From NCBI GenBank assembly GCA_964016885.1, contig OZ024741.1, positions 117,924,001 to 117,988,000 on the forward strand: a DNA stretch of 64,000 nucleotides, given 5' to 3'. This document shows, piece by piece, positions 42,131 through 57,456 of the stretch (the stretch's first letter is position 1; each line of letters begins with the position of its first letter). Both the position numbers and the translations under genes were made by a program. The notes beneath the pieces are model-generated. The model was not told the DNA's origin and searched no databases. It saw only the letters and a list, made by a program, of their open reading frames with translations. This DNA is from Eledone cirrhosa (taxonomy: Eukaryota).

Positions 42131-42944
42131 TTTCGTCATTTGTTTCACCATGTTGCAGTTTTACTGGTGCAATGTTTTACTTATGTGCAGTGTTTAATAT
42201 ATAATATAACATTTTCCTCTTAGGTGTTCAACTACAGGCTACCTCTTTCTAACCATGTTTAACCCCAGGTCAGCCTTGACTGACCAATAATCAGAGACAA
42301 TCCAACTATGGCATCTTGCCTTTTTTCCCATGTGCATATATAGTCTCTCCTGTTAGAACCACAATGGTGCACTGTGTTGCTGGTGAAATGCTTTACATGT
42401 GTGTTTTACATATGTTTATTTTTCAACATAGTCCCTGGAAAGAAACAATGCAGTTATTAATAAGAAGAGTTCAAATTAATGTATACAAGATTTCACAGCT
42501 CTAGCGTCAAACCTCATATGTGCAGTCCGTGGTAGATAAATGGGAGGTATAATTGGGCTGTAGCTAGAGGTCTACAATATTTATAGGGTCCCAAAGTAAT
42601 ATCTTTTTCTACTATAAACAATAAGCAAAGGGTCTGATGAAATTTTCAGCCAAAGGCCCCATGCAAACTTAATCCGTCCATGCGTTATAAGGCCATTTTC
42701 CCCACCAAAGTAGGGGTTAACCTTAACGTCCCCATGACAATCATCATACTCAACATGGAGGTCTTTGGGGGGCAATGTTTTAGGGTTGGTTTCCCTACCT
42801 GGCACCAACTCTTTTAGGTGCCTCTTACAACCTGCAGGGATACAGTGTACCTGCTAGCTCCTTCTAACCATGTTATAATGTTATAATATGCTATCTACTA
42901 CTTCATATTAAGTCACTGTTATCATATCGTGTTATTTCTATTCC

Positions 42945-44310
42945 CCACCACCAACAACACCATCACCACTACCACCACCATCAATACCTCCTCCACCACC
43001 TTCATCACTAACAACTTCACCATCGTTGTCACTACCACTACAATCACCCCTACCATTAACTCCATCACCATCTCCAGCAACATCACCAACACCACCATTA
43101 CTAATACCACTACCAGCAACATCACCACCACCACCAGCACTCATCAATTATTTATCAGTTATATAAACCTTGTATGTTTTCTTATCACAAAAGATTTATG
43201 CATGTTCGTCATCGCAACAAACTCTGTTGTTCTATCTAAACATTCTAGAAAAATGTATATATGTGGAAATGCATGTGGGAAGTAATGTGCGTGTGTATAT
43301 ACATATATATATGTGTGTGTGTATGTCTATGCATGTATGTATGCTTGTGTGTGTTAGTGCATGGGTGTTGATACACGTCTATTTTTATGTATGTGCATGT
43401 ATGCTTTTGGCTTCATATATTTCTGTGTTTGCGTATGCTTGTGTGCATGTGTGTATATGTACATATATGCTTGTGTGTACGTATACGCGTGTGTCTGGGG
43501 GTACATGTATGCATGTGTATGTATATGTGTGTATATGTGTGTACATGTATACTTGTGTGTGTGAATGAGTGTTTATACATTTGTTTTTGTGTGTGTAAGT
43601 ATACATGTATGCATGAGTATGTATATACGTGTTTGTGTGTACATGTATGCACATGTGTGTATATGTGTGTGTTTTGTGGTTCATATATTTCTATGTGTAA
43701 GCTTGTACTTGTCTGTGTGCATGCATATTTGTGTATGTGTATATGTATGCATGTGTGTGTGTGAGAACTCATGTGTTCATATATTTGTATGTCATTTATG
43801 TGTGTTTGTATGTGTATGTGTATTCATTGCTGTGTTCATCTATATCTATATACGTGTTCATAGATATGTGTATGCTTTTGTATCTATGTCTGTATGCCTG
43901 TTCATGTCTATATTTATATGTGCGTGTATGTATGTGTGTGTGTTTGTATGTGTAGGCACATGAATGTGTTTATGTATCTGTGCTAGGGTGTGTTTGTGTT
44001 CACATCTATGTTCATTTATATGTATATGTGTGTGTAGGTGGAGGAAGGGTCATGTTTATGTTTATATATTTATGTGTTTATCAGTTTATCATGTCTATGT
44101 TCATTAATATGAAGGGGTTTTGTGTGTGTGTACATGTGGTGGCATGTGTATGTGTATTTGCTTATATGATTGTGTGTGTGTATGTTTGTGTTTTCATGTG
44201 TATGTGTCTGCTTGTGTGTATGTGCATGTTTGCATCTGTGTGTGTGTTTGCATGTGTATGCTTGTGTGTGTGTGTATGTGTGTGTGTGTTTGCATGTGTG
44301 TGTGTGTGTC
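42945..44310. repeat. (CAC)n and degenerate (GT/AT)n low-complexity tract
   Basis: Simple-sequence composition. Confidence 0.9.
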
Positions 44311-45102
44311 AGATCCATGTAAAGCCAGTATTTTTTTCTCTAAGATAAAGAGTACATTAGTAAGAGGAAACCTCAACATTTGTTAATCATAAATGTTGTG
44401 TTACCATCAAATTTTATTTCAAGGAGTATTGTGTTAGGAAATGGGATATAAAAAAAAAAACATTTATGTGATGGCATTTTTTAATGAAATACACTGTTTC
44501 AATTAATTAATGAAAAATTTAAAGGGATTTACTAAAATTATTAATTATTTTATTACTAAGATAGTATCTTAACATATTGTTCTAATATAAGATTATGTTG
44601 GAAGATTTGAATTTAAATAGGAACCCAATAAAATGGGTAGTTTTGTTTCATAGAACTGATTTCAGTGAAAGACAGCATATATAAATGGTAAAAGGTAAAG
44701 GCGCCCATTGGTCATGAATAAGTTCCCCTTCAATGTACAAACCTGGGCAAGGTGCTTTTGTGGAAGACCAGTAGTCACCCATGCATACCAGTTTCCCCTC
44801 TTCACACCACCTATGTTGTCCAAGGAAAAGACAAAACATTATTAAACTTAAAAGGGCAGTGGATTGGCAGTATCAGTAGAGCATTGGATAACATGCTTTG
44901 TGGCATAGTTATGGCCTTTAAGTTCTGAATTCAAATCATGCTGAGGTTAGCTTAGCCTTTCATCCTTACGGGATCAATAAAATAAAGCACCGGTAACTCA
45001 CTGTGGTCAATTTAATCGACTTTCCCCTCCCCCAATATTGTTGGACTTGTGCTTAAATCAGAAACCATTATTATTACCATTTAAGATCTATTTTTTATGC
45101 TA

Positions 45103-45154
<52 letters not shown>

Positions 45155-46264
45155 AACTCATGCAAGCATAGAAAAGCAGATGTAAAAACGATGATGATGA
45201 TGATATTAGCTATATCTATTCATTTAACATTTTTTTTCACATTTTGAAGTCATAGATTGGTCAAAGCAGGGAGATAATGTCACATTAATATCAGAAATGT
45301 AAGCATCAACAGGCATTACATTTTTTATATACACATCTAAATTCTTAAAAAGAATATGAACATAGATTTGCAATTTTTAAATTCTAATTTTTGTTCAATT
45401 ATAATTTTTCAATGGATTTTAATTTATTGTTAAATAGAAGTACACAATATTGAAATTATTTTTTTTTTAAATAATAAAGAGGAAGAAATAAAAAAGGATG
45501 GGACCATTTGCTGACTGGTATATCTCAGCTGTGCCCCACAGACAAATTGGTGTTGCCAAGAAGAACAACTAATGACACCATTCCATCAGTCAGCATCAGC
45601 CATTCCACCTCCTGGGGTTCCTGCCTCAAGCGGATGTACTCTTCTCCATTTTGCAGTAGTAGTAGTAGTGGTAGTAGTAATAGTAGTAGTAGTAGTACTA
45701 GTAGTTGTAGTACTGGCAGGAGAGGTGGTAATAGTGGTGGTGGCAGTAGTAGTATTAGTTGTGGTGGTAATGGTAGTAGTAACAGTACAGTGATGGTGGT
45801 GGTGGTAGAGATGTTGACAGTACTGAATGCCTTGCCAAAATGATGTCAAGCCATTAGCCATCCCTGCACATTGTAAAATCTTAACAGAGTGTATTTATAG
45901 TAGCCACAGTTACTCAAGTGTATATAGATGTATGAATAGAGTACCTATAAAATATGTGTTGTGGGTATTTATATAAATAGATAAATATATAAGCCCACAT
46001 CTCTACTCGGTTTTAGATTGTACAGTTTTGAACATATCATCATTTCATGCCCGTCTTCCCTGTGAGCAAGTGTTGGACAGGTTATCAATGACCAAATCAG
46101 TACTTAATCAGAGTCACTGACATCTCAGATGGGCAGGAGGGCTGACTCTCATATATGTTCTCTCACACTACGAGTTCGGAAAATATAATTTTTTAATTAA
46201 AAAAAACTCTGAAACTCCTAACATCCTATTCCACATGAAACCACATCAAGTAATGTAAGGGAGA

Positions 46265-46678
46265 GAACTCTATCCCCTTCTGCTATGAATCCTTTTTTTG
46301 ATTTTTCTTAACCTTGAGAGAACCTAATATTATTCTTCAGCTAAAACATCAACACACACACAAAAGTACTTATTTATTAGGGTCTTAAATATCACAATAT
46401 ATATATATATATATATAGCCCTGTATTATTGATGGACATGAGAAATAATACTCAACACCGAAGTAGAGTTTAAATATATATTTAATATGGCTAAGTAGTG
46501 ATATTTAAGACCCTAATAAATAAGTACTTTTGTGTGTATGTTGATGTTTTAGCTGAAGAATGATATTAGGTTCTCTCAAGGTTAAGAAAAATCAAAAGTA
46601 TTCATAGCAGAAGGGGATAGAGTCCAGAAATAGCCGTTGAAACGGCTTCAGCTCTGCTGTCGGGGTCATACATTTTCC

Positions 46679-46764
<86 letters not shown>

Positions 46765-46880
46765 AAAATGTATGACCCTGACAGCAGAGCTCAAGCCGTT
46801 TCAACGGCTATTTCTGGACTCAGTATTGAGTACTCTGGTGTGTTATGGTCCATCTGGTTCCTTGCCACAACTCCTTCGTT
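46265..46880. mobile_element. Cluster of inverted PLE-type ends
   Basis: 46265-46395 is inverted at 46498-46624; family X ends at 46621-46680 and 46761-46820 face each other across (TA)n; tail to 46880. Confidence 0.75.
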
Positions 46881-47146
46881 ATACATATATATATATATAT
46901 ATGAAGATAAGGTAGTTTTCACTTTTTGTTGGTAAAATCAAACTTGTGGAGTGATTATGCAACTATTAATGAAGAAGCAGTTTATCAAATAGTTTTGTCA
47001 ATGTGTATAATTGAGTCCTGAGATATAATATTCCAAGTGTTAATCCATGAGTATTTGACAGGTTCCAATAATTCACGGAGTACATATGAATCAATTTGTG
47101 AGGAAAAACAGACAAGGTGTGATTAGAAAAACTTATTTAATTATAA

Positions 47147-48556
47147 TCCTGTGTCAGAGAAACACTTTGAAACTTCTGGAACTCTCAGTCTTATCCGGCT
47201 CTCACAATTTGGATTTATCCCTAACTCCAGCTGCTGTGATCAACTTATCGAGTTTCTTGAAGACATCACCCGGATCACTGATGGCGGCTCATGGGTGGAA
47301 GTTGTTTACCTTGACTTTGCTAAAGATTTCAATTCTGTGCCACACAAAAGACTTATAGCAAAACTCTCTGCAATGGGTATGGAGGATGATCTTTTTAACT
47401 GGTTGAAGTCTTTCATTCTCAGTCGAAGAGAGGTAGTCACGGTTCTAGGACAGCATTCCTCACCATATGAGATGTCATCTGCTGTACCACAGGGATCTGT
47501 TCTTGGCCCCCTTTTGTTTGTGGCATATATTAATGACATAGATGCCAACTTAAAGAATGCCACAGTACTGAAATATGCAGATGACATCAAGCTGTACCTT
47601 GAGATAAAAAGGACAGATCCTGAACACTATAGATCTTGCCTGCAATCTGACCTGGACACCATGCAACAATGGATCACGGACTGGCAACTCAAGCTGGCTG
47701 TGGACAAGTGTACCACCATGCATTTTGGGAGTAAAAACCCAGCGTCCACATACTCCCTCCACAACACTTATATCAAGAAGTCTTCTTGTGAACGTGACCT
47801 GGGCATTACTGTCAGCAGCGATTTGCGTTGGGCGAAGCACATCTCTAAAATTGTCAAGAGGGCTGAGGGTGACTTAGCATCATTCAGCAAGACCTTTGTC
47901 AGCCGCTCTCCAGCTATCTATTTAAAGCTGTATATAGCTATGGTGCGGCCACACTTAGAATTTGCATCACCAGTCTGGAATCCCTATCTTGCTCAGAACA
48001 TTGACCGCCTGGAAATTGTTCAGAGACGTGCAACCAAGCGAATACCCTCCATCAGGCATCTACCATACTCTGAACGCCTTGCTTCCCTGAGTATGGATAC
48101 ATTGAAACTCCGACGTCTGGCAACTGACTTGGTAAACACCTACAAAATTATTAACCATCTTGCCAACAACCACCCTGAGTACCTTTTTGATTTCCATGTG
48201 TCTAACACACGTGGGCATGCCAACAAAGTCAGAAAACAGCACAGCTCCCATGACTTTCAGAAACATTTTTTCACACTCAGAGTTGCTGAAGCATGGAACA
48301 AACTACTTGCATCAGTTATTAGCTGTCGAGACACTGCATCATTTAAAACCTCCATGCTTCCTGAGTTTCGCCAACGCTACACCTAATATTCCCCCTCCAT
48401 ACACACACACACACATGTATATCATGACTCATACACTATTCACTTCCCTGACATTTGTATATTATTCTATGTACTATACATGCACCTTTGATGAGTTGTA
48501 CTATACATGCACCTTTGATGAGCTGTACACAATAATTTCATTATTATTATTATTAT
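47147..48556 (+). mobile_element. 5'-truncated CR1-group LINE with open RT frame (47151-48386)
   Basis: QFGF, YLDFAK.F.SVPH, VPQGSVLGPLLF, YADD, RPHLEF..PVWNP, FFTLRV..AWN; (TTA)n tail. Confidence 0.9.
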
Positions 48557-48569
48557 AGTTTAGAGTACT

Positions 48570-49520
48570 GTTATTTTGTTCTTGGAAGCACTTATTATTT
48601 AGTCTTCCTATGAATCTTTCTAAGTTCATTGTAGTTGAGTATAATAGTATGACTGTTTTCCTGTTTAAAATTTTGGGGTATCTATGAGATGGCGGAATTT
48701 GCTTATCTAGTATTTTGAAAAATATATACGGTAATTTAGTCTTAACTAAGTTGTTGTATGGAGGATTATACCATAGGTATGATTTGCTTCGGGATTGTTC
48801 AGGTATTTTACCAGCCAGGGAACTTTTTCAAGATTAATCCATTGTTTCAACTAGTATGTTTTCTGAATTAGGTTATGGGATTAATGTTTCAACCCAATTT
48901 ATGGCGGCGTATTCCTCCTTGTTCTGAAGTGTTTCGGAAATTGGTAATGTTGTTGAACGTCATTAATATTAGAAATAAAATCTATTCCTTTCTCTTAACC
49001 AGCCTTCCATAGTGCCACATTGTGATAATCCACATGTGCATTAAATGTATCTACAGAGGTTGAAAGTCTGAAGATTCTAAGTGATATACACTTGGTGATG
49101 GAATTTATTATGGATTTAGGGTGAATGGAGTATCAGCTAATTTTTATGGTAAGTGAATTTTTATGGCGGTGGATTGGCAGTATCGGTAGAGGGTCGGACG
49201 CCATGCTTTCCAGCATAGTAATGTCCCTTTACGATCTGAGTTCAAATCCCGCCGAGGTTGACTTTGCCTTTCATCCTTACGGGGTCGATAAAATAAAGTA
49301 CCAGTAATGCACTGGGTCATTGCTGGCCTTGTGCCATAAGTAGAAACAATTATTTTTATGGTAAGGTTCAAACAGGTTAGAATCAAGGTTGAGAATAATA
49401 TCTAGAAAATTTTTCACAAAATTTCTCTATTTCTATCTCTTTCAAATAGCCAGTTTTATTACATAGACGAGTGATACCAATTCCACTATTTCAACTTCAT
49501 CCTTATCTGTAACTGTCATG
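48570..49520 (-). pseudogene. Degraded third Hydra-like PLE RT, interrupted by SINE S1 (49165-49352)
   Basis: Minus strand NFLDIILNLDSNLFEPYHK..HPKSIINSITKCISLRIFRLS..WYNPPYN..HRYPKILNRKTV..YSTT aligns by eye to the 29041-31170 protein. Confidence 0.8.
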
Positions 49521-50098
49521 CTGATACTACTGAAATTAATGAATTTATGGCCTGTTTATTTTTTACCACAATAGCTACTCCCATCACTTACACAATCCTC
49601 TTTGATCTATCGATTAACTATTTCTCAGCTAATGACATATCTCTTTTATGTAGTAACAAAAATTGCTGGAAGCCCATAGGTCAACTTATCAATTCTTCCT
49701 CTTATTATCTTTGATACTAGTATCACTTGAAATTCTAAATATTGTATTTATTCTTTGAGGATTCGTTGAGTAATGATGTATTGACAGGGAGTGATTAGAG
49801 CAGTTAATATCTTTAAACAGCTCTTGTAGACTTTGTGATGTAACTCAATGATGAAACATGTGTTAGAATGTATAATTAAATAAGTTTTTCTAATCATGCC
49901 TTGTCTGTTTTTTCCTAACAAGTTGATTTATATATATATATATGTGTATATATATTTCGTTGACAAATATATCAATATGCCCAGACATGCAGATATATTG
50001 CCCTTGGTTTTAGCTCAATGTAGGATAACTAGTATACTACAGAGCCGTTATAGTTATAGGAATAACCAAAGAGTGCTTAGAAATATATTGTTTTATTA

Positions 50099-50143
50099 GC
50101 TAACAGTGTTTCATCCATACACCATGGCAGGAATCATCAGAGC
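50099..50143 (-). ncRNA. Hammerhead ribozyme in a PLE end (about 49955-50950)
   Basis: gct-CTGATGA-t tcc..gga t-GAAAC act GTT|agc. Confidence 0.7.
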
Positions 50144-51909
50144 CTATAAACATGAGTATATCAGTAGTTACATGCTCTATCAAGCTGCGTCACCAGAACA
50201 AGGTTAAAGGACCAGCAGGGGGGTCCCGAGGCCAACGCTATATGGAAAAAGACAGAATACATGATGCATATAATGTCATAAAATGTCTTAAAAATTTAAA
50301 AATTAAAAATTAAAACTTACACCAAGGATTTATCACTTAAATGGTGCAATATATGATAAAGAGGTTGGGAGAGGGCAGCAAGGGATGAGTGAGGGTATTA
50401 CTCAACATGATCAGAAACAATAAAAAAATAATTAAAAAATAATTATAAAAAGTACAAAAATACAGGGACAAGAAAAGAGATAAATATAAAAATACAAAAC
50501 AATAAAGGAACAAAAAGCCCGGAAACCCCCCCAAAATATAAGACAAAGCAAAGCATAGATGCATCAAAGCACAAGCAGTGCAAAAAGAGGGTGTACAGGC
50601 TGATCAAGAGAGTTTGCAAGCATGAGTCTGTGAAAAGAATAGTTGGTTAGCAGTGGTGCAGCCTTACATGTATGATAGTTCATATGAGGGATGATGTACT
50701 CCAATTATATCGCCTTGTAACAGGTCGATTCTCCTTATCATATCCGCACCCTACAAACCACATCGATATGTTCCATTTCCGAACGTTAACTGAGATAACA
50801 CTATTTTTCCAAAAAATATACCATGGGGATTTATCACCATAGGCGGTCTGGGATATACACCTAAAATCTAAAATAACTATTCTAACCAACTATTCTTTTC
50901 ACAGACTCATGCTTGCAAACTCTCTTGATCTGCCTATACACCCTGTTTTTCAACTTTTCCTCTTATAGATATTGTTCACTTTCGTAGAGGTTTACCTAGC
51001 TTTCTATGAGATTACATCGCATTAGTTTACCTAGCTTTCTATGAGGTTGCATCCCATTAGTTTACTTGGCTTTCTATTCACTTCCAAGATAACAATAAAC
51101 AGCTGATAACAGAGAATCGGCAGAGTGTCAGACACCATGCTTCACGGCATAGATTTACAGCCCTTTATGTTCTGAGTTCAAATCTCACCGAGGTTAGCTT
51201 TGCCTTTCATCCTTACGGGGTCGATAAAATAATGTACCAGTTACAAACTGGGGTCGATTTAATTGACTTTCCCCTTCCCCCAAAACATTGCGGTTCTTTT
51301 GCCTTTATTAGAGGGTATGGCAATATTCTGAGCCTGTTTGGAACCCATTAATTTTGATAACAATAACCAGCTGATAGAATTAAGCAGAGGATATTAAATA
51401 GCAATATCCTGAGTGTGTTCGGAATCCACTAATTTTGATAACATTAAACAGAGGGTGTATCAATTCTGGGTGTTTTGCGAACCCACTAATACTGATAATA
51501 ACCAGCTAGTAACATTAAGTAGAGGATATAACAGTGCTCTAAGTGTATTTGGAACCCACTAGTTTTGATAAAAATAACCAGCTGATGACATTAAGCCAAG
51601 GATATAACAGTTGTTCTCAGAGATGCAGGCCAAGTTTCTCCTCTTGTAATCCTAGCTTTCCTCACTTCCTTCCCCAGCAATTATTCTCCCAAGCATGATA
51701 TTAACATAAGGAAACTTGTCAAGCCTCAGTAATTATATGTTGTCCCAGATGAGATTAAGTCTGACGCCACAGTTTACTGATAGTGAGGTATATTGATATT
51801 TCATTTGATATATATATAAACAATGTACAGTATAGTTGGATATATTGGTATTTCATTTGATATATATTTACAAAGTGCACTCTAGTTTGGTATTTTTATA
51901 TTTCATTTG

Positions 51910-51993
<84 letters not shown>

Positions 51994-52409
51994 TATATTA
52001 CCCAATTATACATCTCAAAGGCGATGACACATGACCGTGACCTCTGGCGTCACGCAGTAATACAGTAGACCCGATCCCCCACGGGTACAAGCCAAAGCTG
52101 AAGCATATAGACAATATGCCCCCACACCCTCCCACTGCAAAGTGGTCGTGGAGGTGCCACGGCAAAACAGCACCCAGCCCACACTGTAAAGTGGTCGTGG
52201 AGGTGCCACGGCAAAAAAGCACGCAGCACTCACTGTAAATGAGGTTGGTGTTAGGAAGGGCATCCAGCTGTAGAAATCAAGCCACAATCAGTTCCCGTAT
52301 GAGCAAGACAAGGTCAGCCGACCGGACACTGCCCACAACAGGACAACCTGTCTAACCCATGCTAGCATGGAAGAATGGACGTAAAACGGTGATGATGATG
52401 ATGATGATG

Positions 52410-52630
<221 letters not shown>

Positions 52631-52961
52631 CACACACAAACACACAATGTACACTATAGTTGAGTGTATTGGTATTTCATTTGATATATATATACAATAA
52701 ACATAGTTGGATATATTGGTATTTCATTATATATATATTAGGGCGGTGGATTGGCAGTATCGGTAGAGGGTCAGACGCCATGCTTTCTAGCATAGTTATG
52801 TCCCTTTATGATCTGAGTTCAAATCCCGCCGAGGTTAACTTTGCCTTTCATCCTTACGGGGTCGATAAAATAAAGTACCAGTAATGTACTGGGTAATTGC
52901 TGGCCTTGTGCCAAAAAGTAGAAACAATTATATATATATTACATATATATTATATGTATAT

Positions 52962-52996
<35 letters not shown>

Positions 52997-53119
52997 ACAT
53001 TGAGCTATTTATCTTACTGGTAATAAGGTAGTAATAAATTACTGACCTTCACTGTTTAGGGTTTAACATATATATAACTATAAAAAGTTTTAGTATATTC
53101 ATAACCATAAATAGTATCC

Positions 53120-53152
<33 letters not shown>

Positions 53153-53248
53153 ATTGTTTCTACGTTAGGCACAAGGCCAGCAAGTATTAGTAATGCACTG
53201 GGTAATTGCTGGCCTTGTGCCTAAAGTAGAAACAATTATATATATATA

Positions 53249-53972
53249 ATATTAAGGATACTATTTATGGTTATGAATATACTAAAACTTTTTATAGTTA
53301 TATATATTTTAAACCCTAAACAGTGAAGGTCAGTAATTTATTACTACCTTATTCCCAGTAAGATAAATAGCTCAATGTAATAACATCAGTTGTTCTACAG
53401 AGCAGTTATATAGAATTCACAAGAATCAAAGCTATGTTCAAAGCATTTATTCACTTACAATTGTTTCATCCAAACCTAGGCTTGGAGTCTTCGGAGCATT
53501 TTTCAATGTTTGTACACATAATTGACCTCCTTTCCAATGCAAGAGACATACAGATACATATGTATATATTGATGTACAGTGGAGTGACATATATTATATT
53601 ATATTATTTCTGTATAGCAATTCAAATTCAAAATCAAAATCAAAATTAAAATTAAAACAAAATTAAAATACATTCGGCAGTTAACATAGATAATGCAAGA
53701 GGATAGTTTGTTAGTCAGATGTAGTAGTTATTGTTTTGCGGTAGTTACACGTGGGGCATGCATGTGTGTCTCATTTATATATGATTATTGTGTGGCAGGG
53801 TGTTACATGTAATACAAGCACTTTAAGCGGGTAAGTAAGAGTATTATTGAGGTTGTAGTGGTAAGGTATTTTTTGTATGTAATAAAACCGAAGACTCCAA
53901 GCCTAGGTTTGGATGAAACAATTGTAAGTGAATAAATGCTTTGAACATAGCTTTGATTCTTGTGAATTCTCT
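53249..53972. mobile_element. Fold-back PLE end with CCGAAGA hammerhead
   Basis: 53410-53494 is inverted at 53888-53972. Minus strand gct-CCGAAGA-c tccaagcc ta ggtttgga t-GAAAC aatt GTA|agt. The tail is duplicated in inverted form at 52996-53128. Confidence 0.8.
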
Positions 53973-54724
53973 ATATATATATATATACAATGTACTCTGT
54001 AGTTGGTTACATTAGTATTACATATATTATATACATATTACATATAATATATACACAATGTACAGTTCTTTCTCAGGTTGGATTTTTCCCCTGCCAAATG
54101 CAATAACCAGCTGATAACATAAGTGATTATAATAAACAGTTTCCTCTGTACTGATTAATCTGTCAGTCAATATTTATCATATTGCTTTTAAAGTTCATTC
54201 ATCTATTATTAATTGGTATTTGATTATTGTTAATATTTGAATGTACTGAGGATTGAGGGAAGTGGCAGAAATGGTAGTCTTTGACTAAATGTCTTGCAGT
54301 GTTTAGTTACATATCCTTGTATTCTGAGTTCAAATCCCACTGGAGCAAACTTTGGCTTTCATTCATCCTGGATCAATAAATAAGGAACGTACCAGCCATA
54401 CAATAGAGTTATATCTCTTCATACTCTGAGTCCAAATCCCATCAGAGTCGACTTTGGTTTTCATTTCTCTTCATGTAGTGTAACCCCCCACCCCCCACCC
54501 CCCGAAAAAAAACCATACTTATCTCAGCTGAAGAAAAATATGTTCCCAGTGTTAGTCTTTCTGTTGCTGATATGATTTATCAGTCACAAATCTTGGCAGA
54601 AGTGTCACCACTTTTCTGGTGACAGGTGGTGGAATTTGAACTCAGAGTGTTCCAAAGTGGAAGAAATAACAAGATATCTTTCCTAATGCTTTAACAATTC
54701 ATCAGACTCACAACCTTGAAAGTA

Positions 54725-55085
54725 TGGAAAGGGCAAAGTCTACCCAAAAGGGTGTAAAGGGAAAAGTTGACCTCAAAGGGATGAAAAGGGCAAAGTTGAC
54801 TCCGAAAGGATGAAAGGCAAAGTTGACTTTGCAAGGGACAAAGTTGACCCTAAAAAGATGAAAAAAGCAAAGTCAACCCTGAAAGGATGAAAAGGGCAAA
54901 GTCAACCCCAAAAGGATGAAAGAGGCAAAGTTGATTCCGAAAGAACGAAAAGGACAAAGTTGACTCCAAAAGCATGTAACGGTAAAGTCGACCCCCAAAA
55001 GGATTAAAAGGAGTAAGTCAACTCTGAAAGGATGTAATGTTGACTTCAAAAGGATGAACAGGGCAAAGTCAACTTCACCAAGATT
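54725..55085 (-). repeat. Tandem repeat (about 25 bp) derived from the SINE S1 core
   Basis: Repeats of aaggatgaaaggcaaagttgacccc, followed by the remaining SINE head (gatttgaactt). Confidence 0.75.
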
Positions 55086-57394
55086 TGAACTTAGAGCAAA
55101 GAAAGCCAGATCAAATACCAAGGCACTTAATCCAATGCCCTAACCATTCTGCTGATGTGTATTATTTAGAGTAAATTAGCTTTGTAGGGCCTTTCCTTCC
55201 CAAAGCCATGCCTACAAGAAAAATGAAATGTGTGCCTCTCAATGCAAATAACCATAAAAACAGTAGTTGATCAGTATAAATTATAGTTGAGAAAATCAGA
55301 TAAAGTACCCCTAGAAAATGGGGAAAAAGTGAACTGAGGTTTCATAAATCAACTGTGTTCTACAAGAAAAAATGTTGAAGTGAATACTGCATGTTAACAG
55401 AATTTTAACATTTACAGTTCAGCTCAAATATTGCTGAACTGTTCCCACTCTTCTGTACTTATTTATAACTAGGTGGTCTGCTGGGCCATTTGAGAAATAC
55501 GTTGTGTGGTTGTCATTGACAGGGCATCTACCAATCCTCTCTTAAATTGGCTATCTAGTAGTTCCCAAATTGACTTTTCTATCTATATATATTGTGTGTG
55601 AGATGATGGTGGTAGTGGGTGGTTTTGGTGGTTGTGGTGGTACCAGCTTGAATTACAAATCCATGCCTAAAGCATCTTGTGCAGCCAGCCTTGTCAGTGC
55701 AGGTATATGCATTATTTGTTTGAAAGACTAGCTGTATAAACAGGTATTCCATTATAACCTCAATTACCATATTTGTATATACATCACTAGAATCTATTTA
55801 TTTCTAATATAATAGCTGTATTGAGTACTTTTATTTATTTTGTATATAACAAAACATAAACAACCATGACATCTTCATCATCATCATTATCATCATTATC
55901 ACCATTTAACATCCACACTTGCATGGGTTAGACAGGTTGTCACATTGTGAGGCAAGACAAATCAGGTGACCATGTCTTGCTCATATGCTGTTTTGAGCGT
56001 AATATTTTACAGCTGGATGCTCTTCCTAATGCCCACCACGTAACAGTGTGTACTGAGCATTTTTCTCAACTGTTTCCTTACTAACAAGGAAACAATTGAT
56101 GATTCATTTCATTCATTTCATTTTACGTCCGCTTTTCCCTGCTTGCAAGGGTGAGACGAGAACTGATTTTGGCTTGATTTCTACAGCTGGATGCCCTTCC
56201 TAACACCAACCTCATTTACAGTGAGTGCTGGGTGCTTTTTTGCCGTGGCGCCTACACGTCCACTTTGCAGTGGAATGATAGGGAACCCAGTCCCTATCAT
56301 CTCATTTCTACAGCTGAGTAAACTGGAGCAATGTGAAATAAAGTGTCTTGCTCAAGGAAACAACACATCACCCGGTCTGAGAATTGAACTCACAACCTTT
56401 CGATTGCAAGGCCAATGCTCTAACCACTAAGCCATGTGCCTCCATATATATATTTATATACACACACACACACACATATTATTATTATTATTTTTACTAT
56501 GAATCAAGGACCACGATTTTCATGCTTAAAGGCACTTATCACTGTAGCCATGTATATAGTTTTGTTTTTCCCATTGTACAGCCAAACCTATATATGTATA
56601 TATATATACGAAAAAAAAAACACAATGCATGCTGTAAAGTGGCCGTGTAGGAAACATGGTAAAAAGGCTCCCAGTCTACACTGTAAATGTGGTTGGTGTT
56701 AGGAAGGGCATCCAGCCGTAGAAAACCTGCCAGATACAGTCCTATAGAGCGAGACACGGTCACCCAATCAATCTTGCCTCAAGTGGGACAATTTCCATCT
56801 AATCCATGCTAGCGTGGAAGATAGACGTTGAATGATGATGATGATGATATATATATATGTATGTATAATGAATAGAAATAACCAGTATTAAATTACACAG
56901 GGTCGATAAAATAAAGTACCAGTAATGCACTGGGTAATTGCTGGCCTTGTGCCTAAAGTAGAAACAATTATTATTTAATAGATTTACGAACGCAACTTTC
57001 AATACAGTAGGAAGTTCCATTTTATTCCTCTGTACTGAATTCCTCAGAATCATTAAACAATATAATAAACATAATTATTTACCAACCACATGTCCGAACA
57101 TATCCATTTTAAAAACGTAAGCAACTTTTAGTACAGGGGAATAAAATGGTACTTCCTACTGTATTAATAGAAATGTTCATAAATCTATTAAATAATGTAA
57201 TTTAATACTGGTTATTTTTATTCCTTTTATATATGCTCTGTGATGTAAAACTACTTTGACTGGAAATTTACTAACAGTATTCAACTCTGAACTGTCATTT
57301 ACCAATCTTACTGTGGACTATAAAATCACATTTAAGCTTTAAATTAGTCTTTGCCTTATATGGTTGTATTATCAACTCATCTAAACTACTTTTT

Positions 57395-57456
<62 letters not shown>

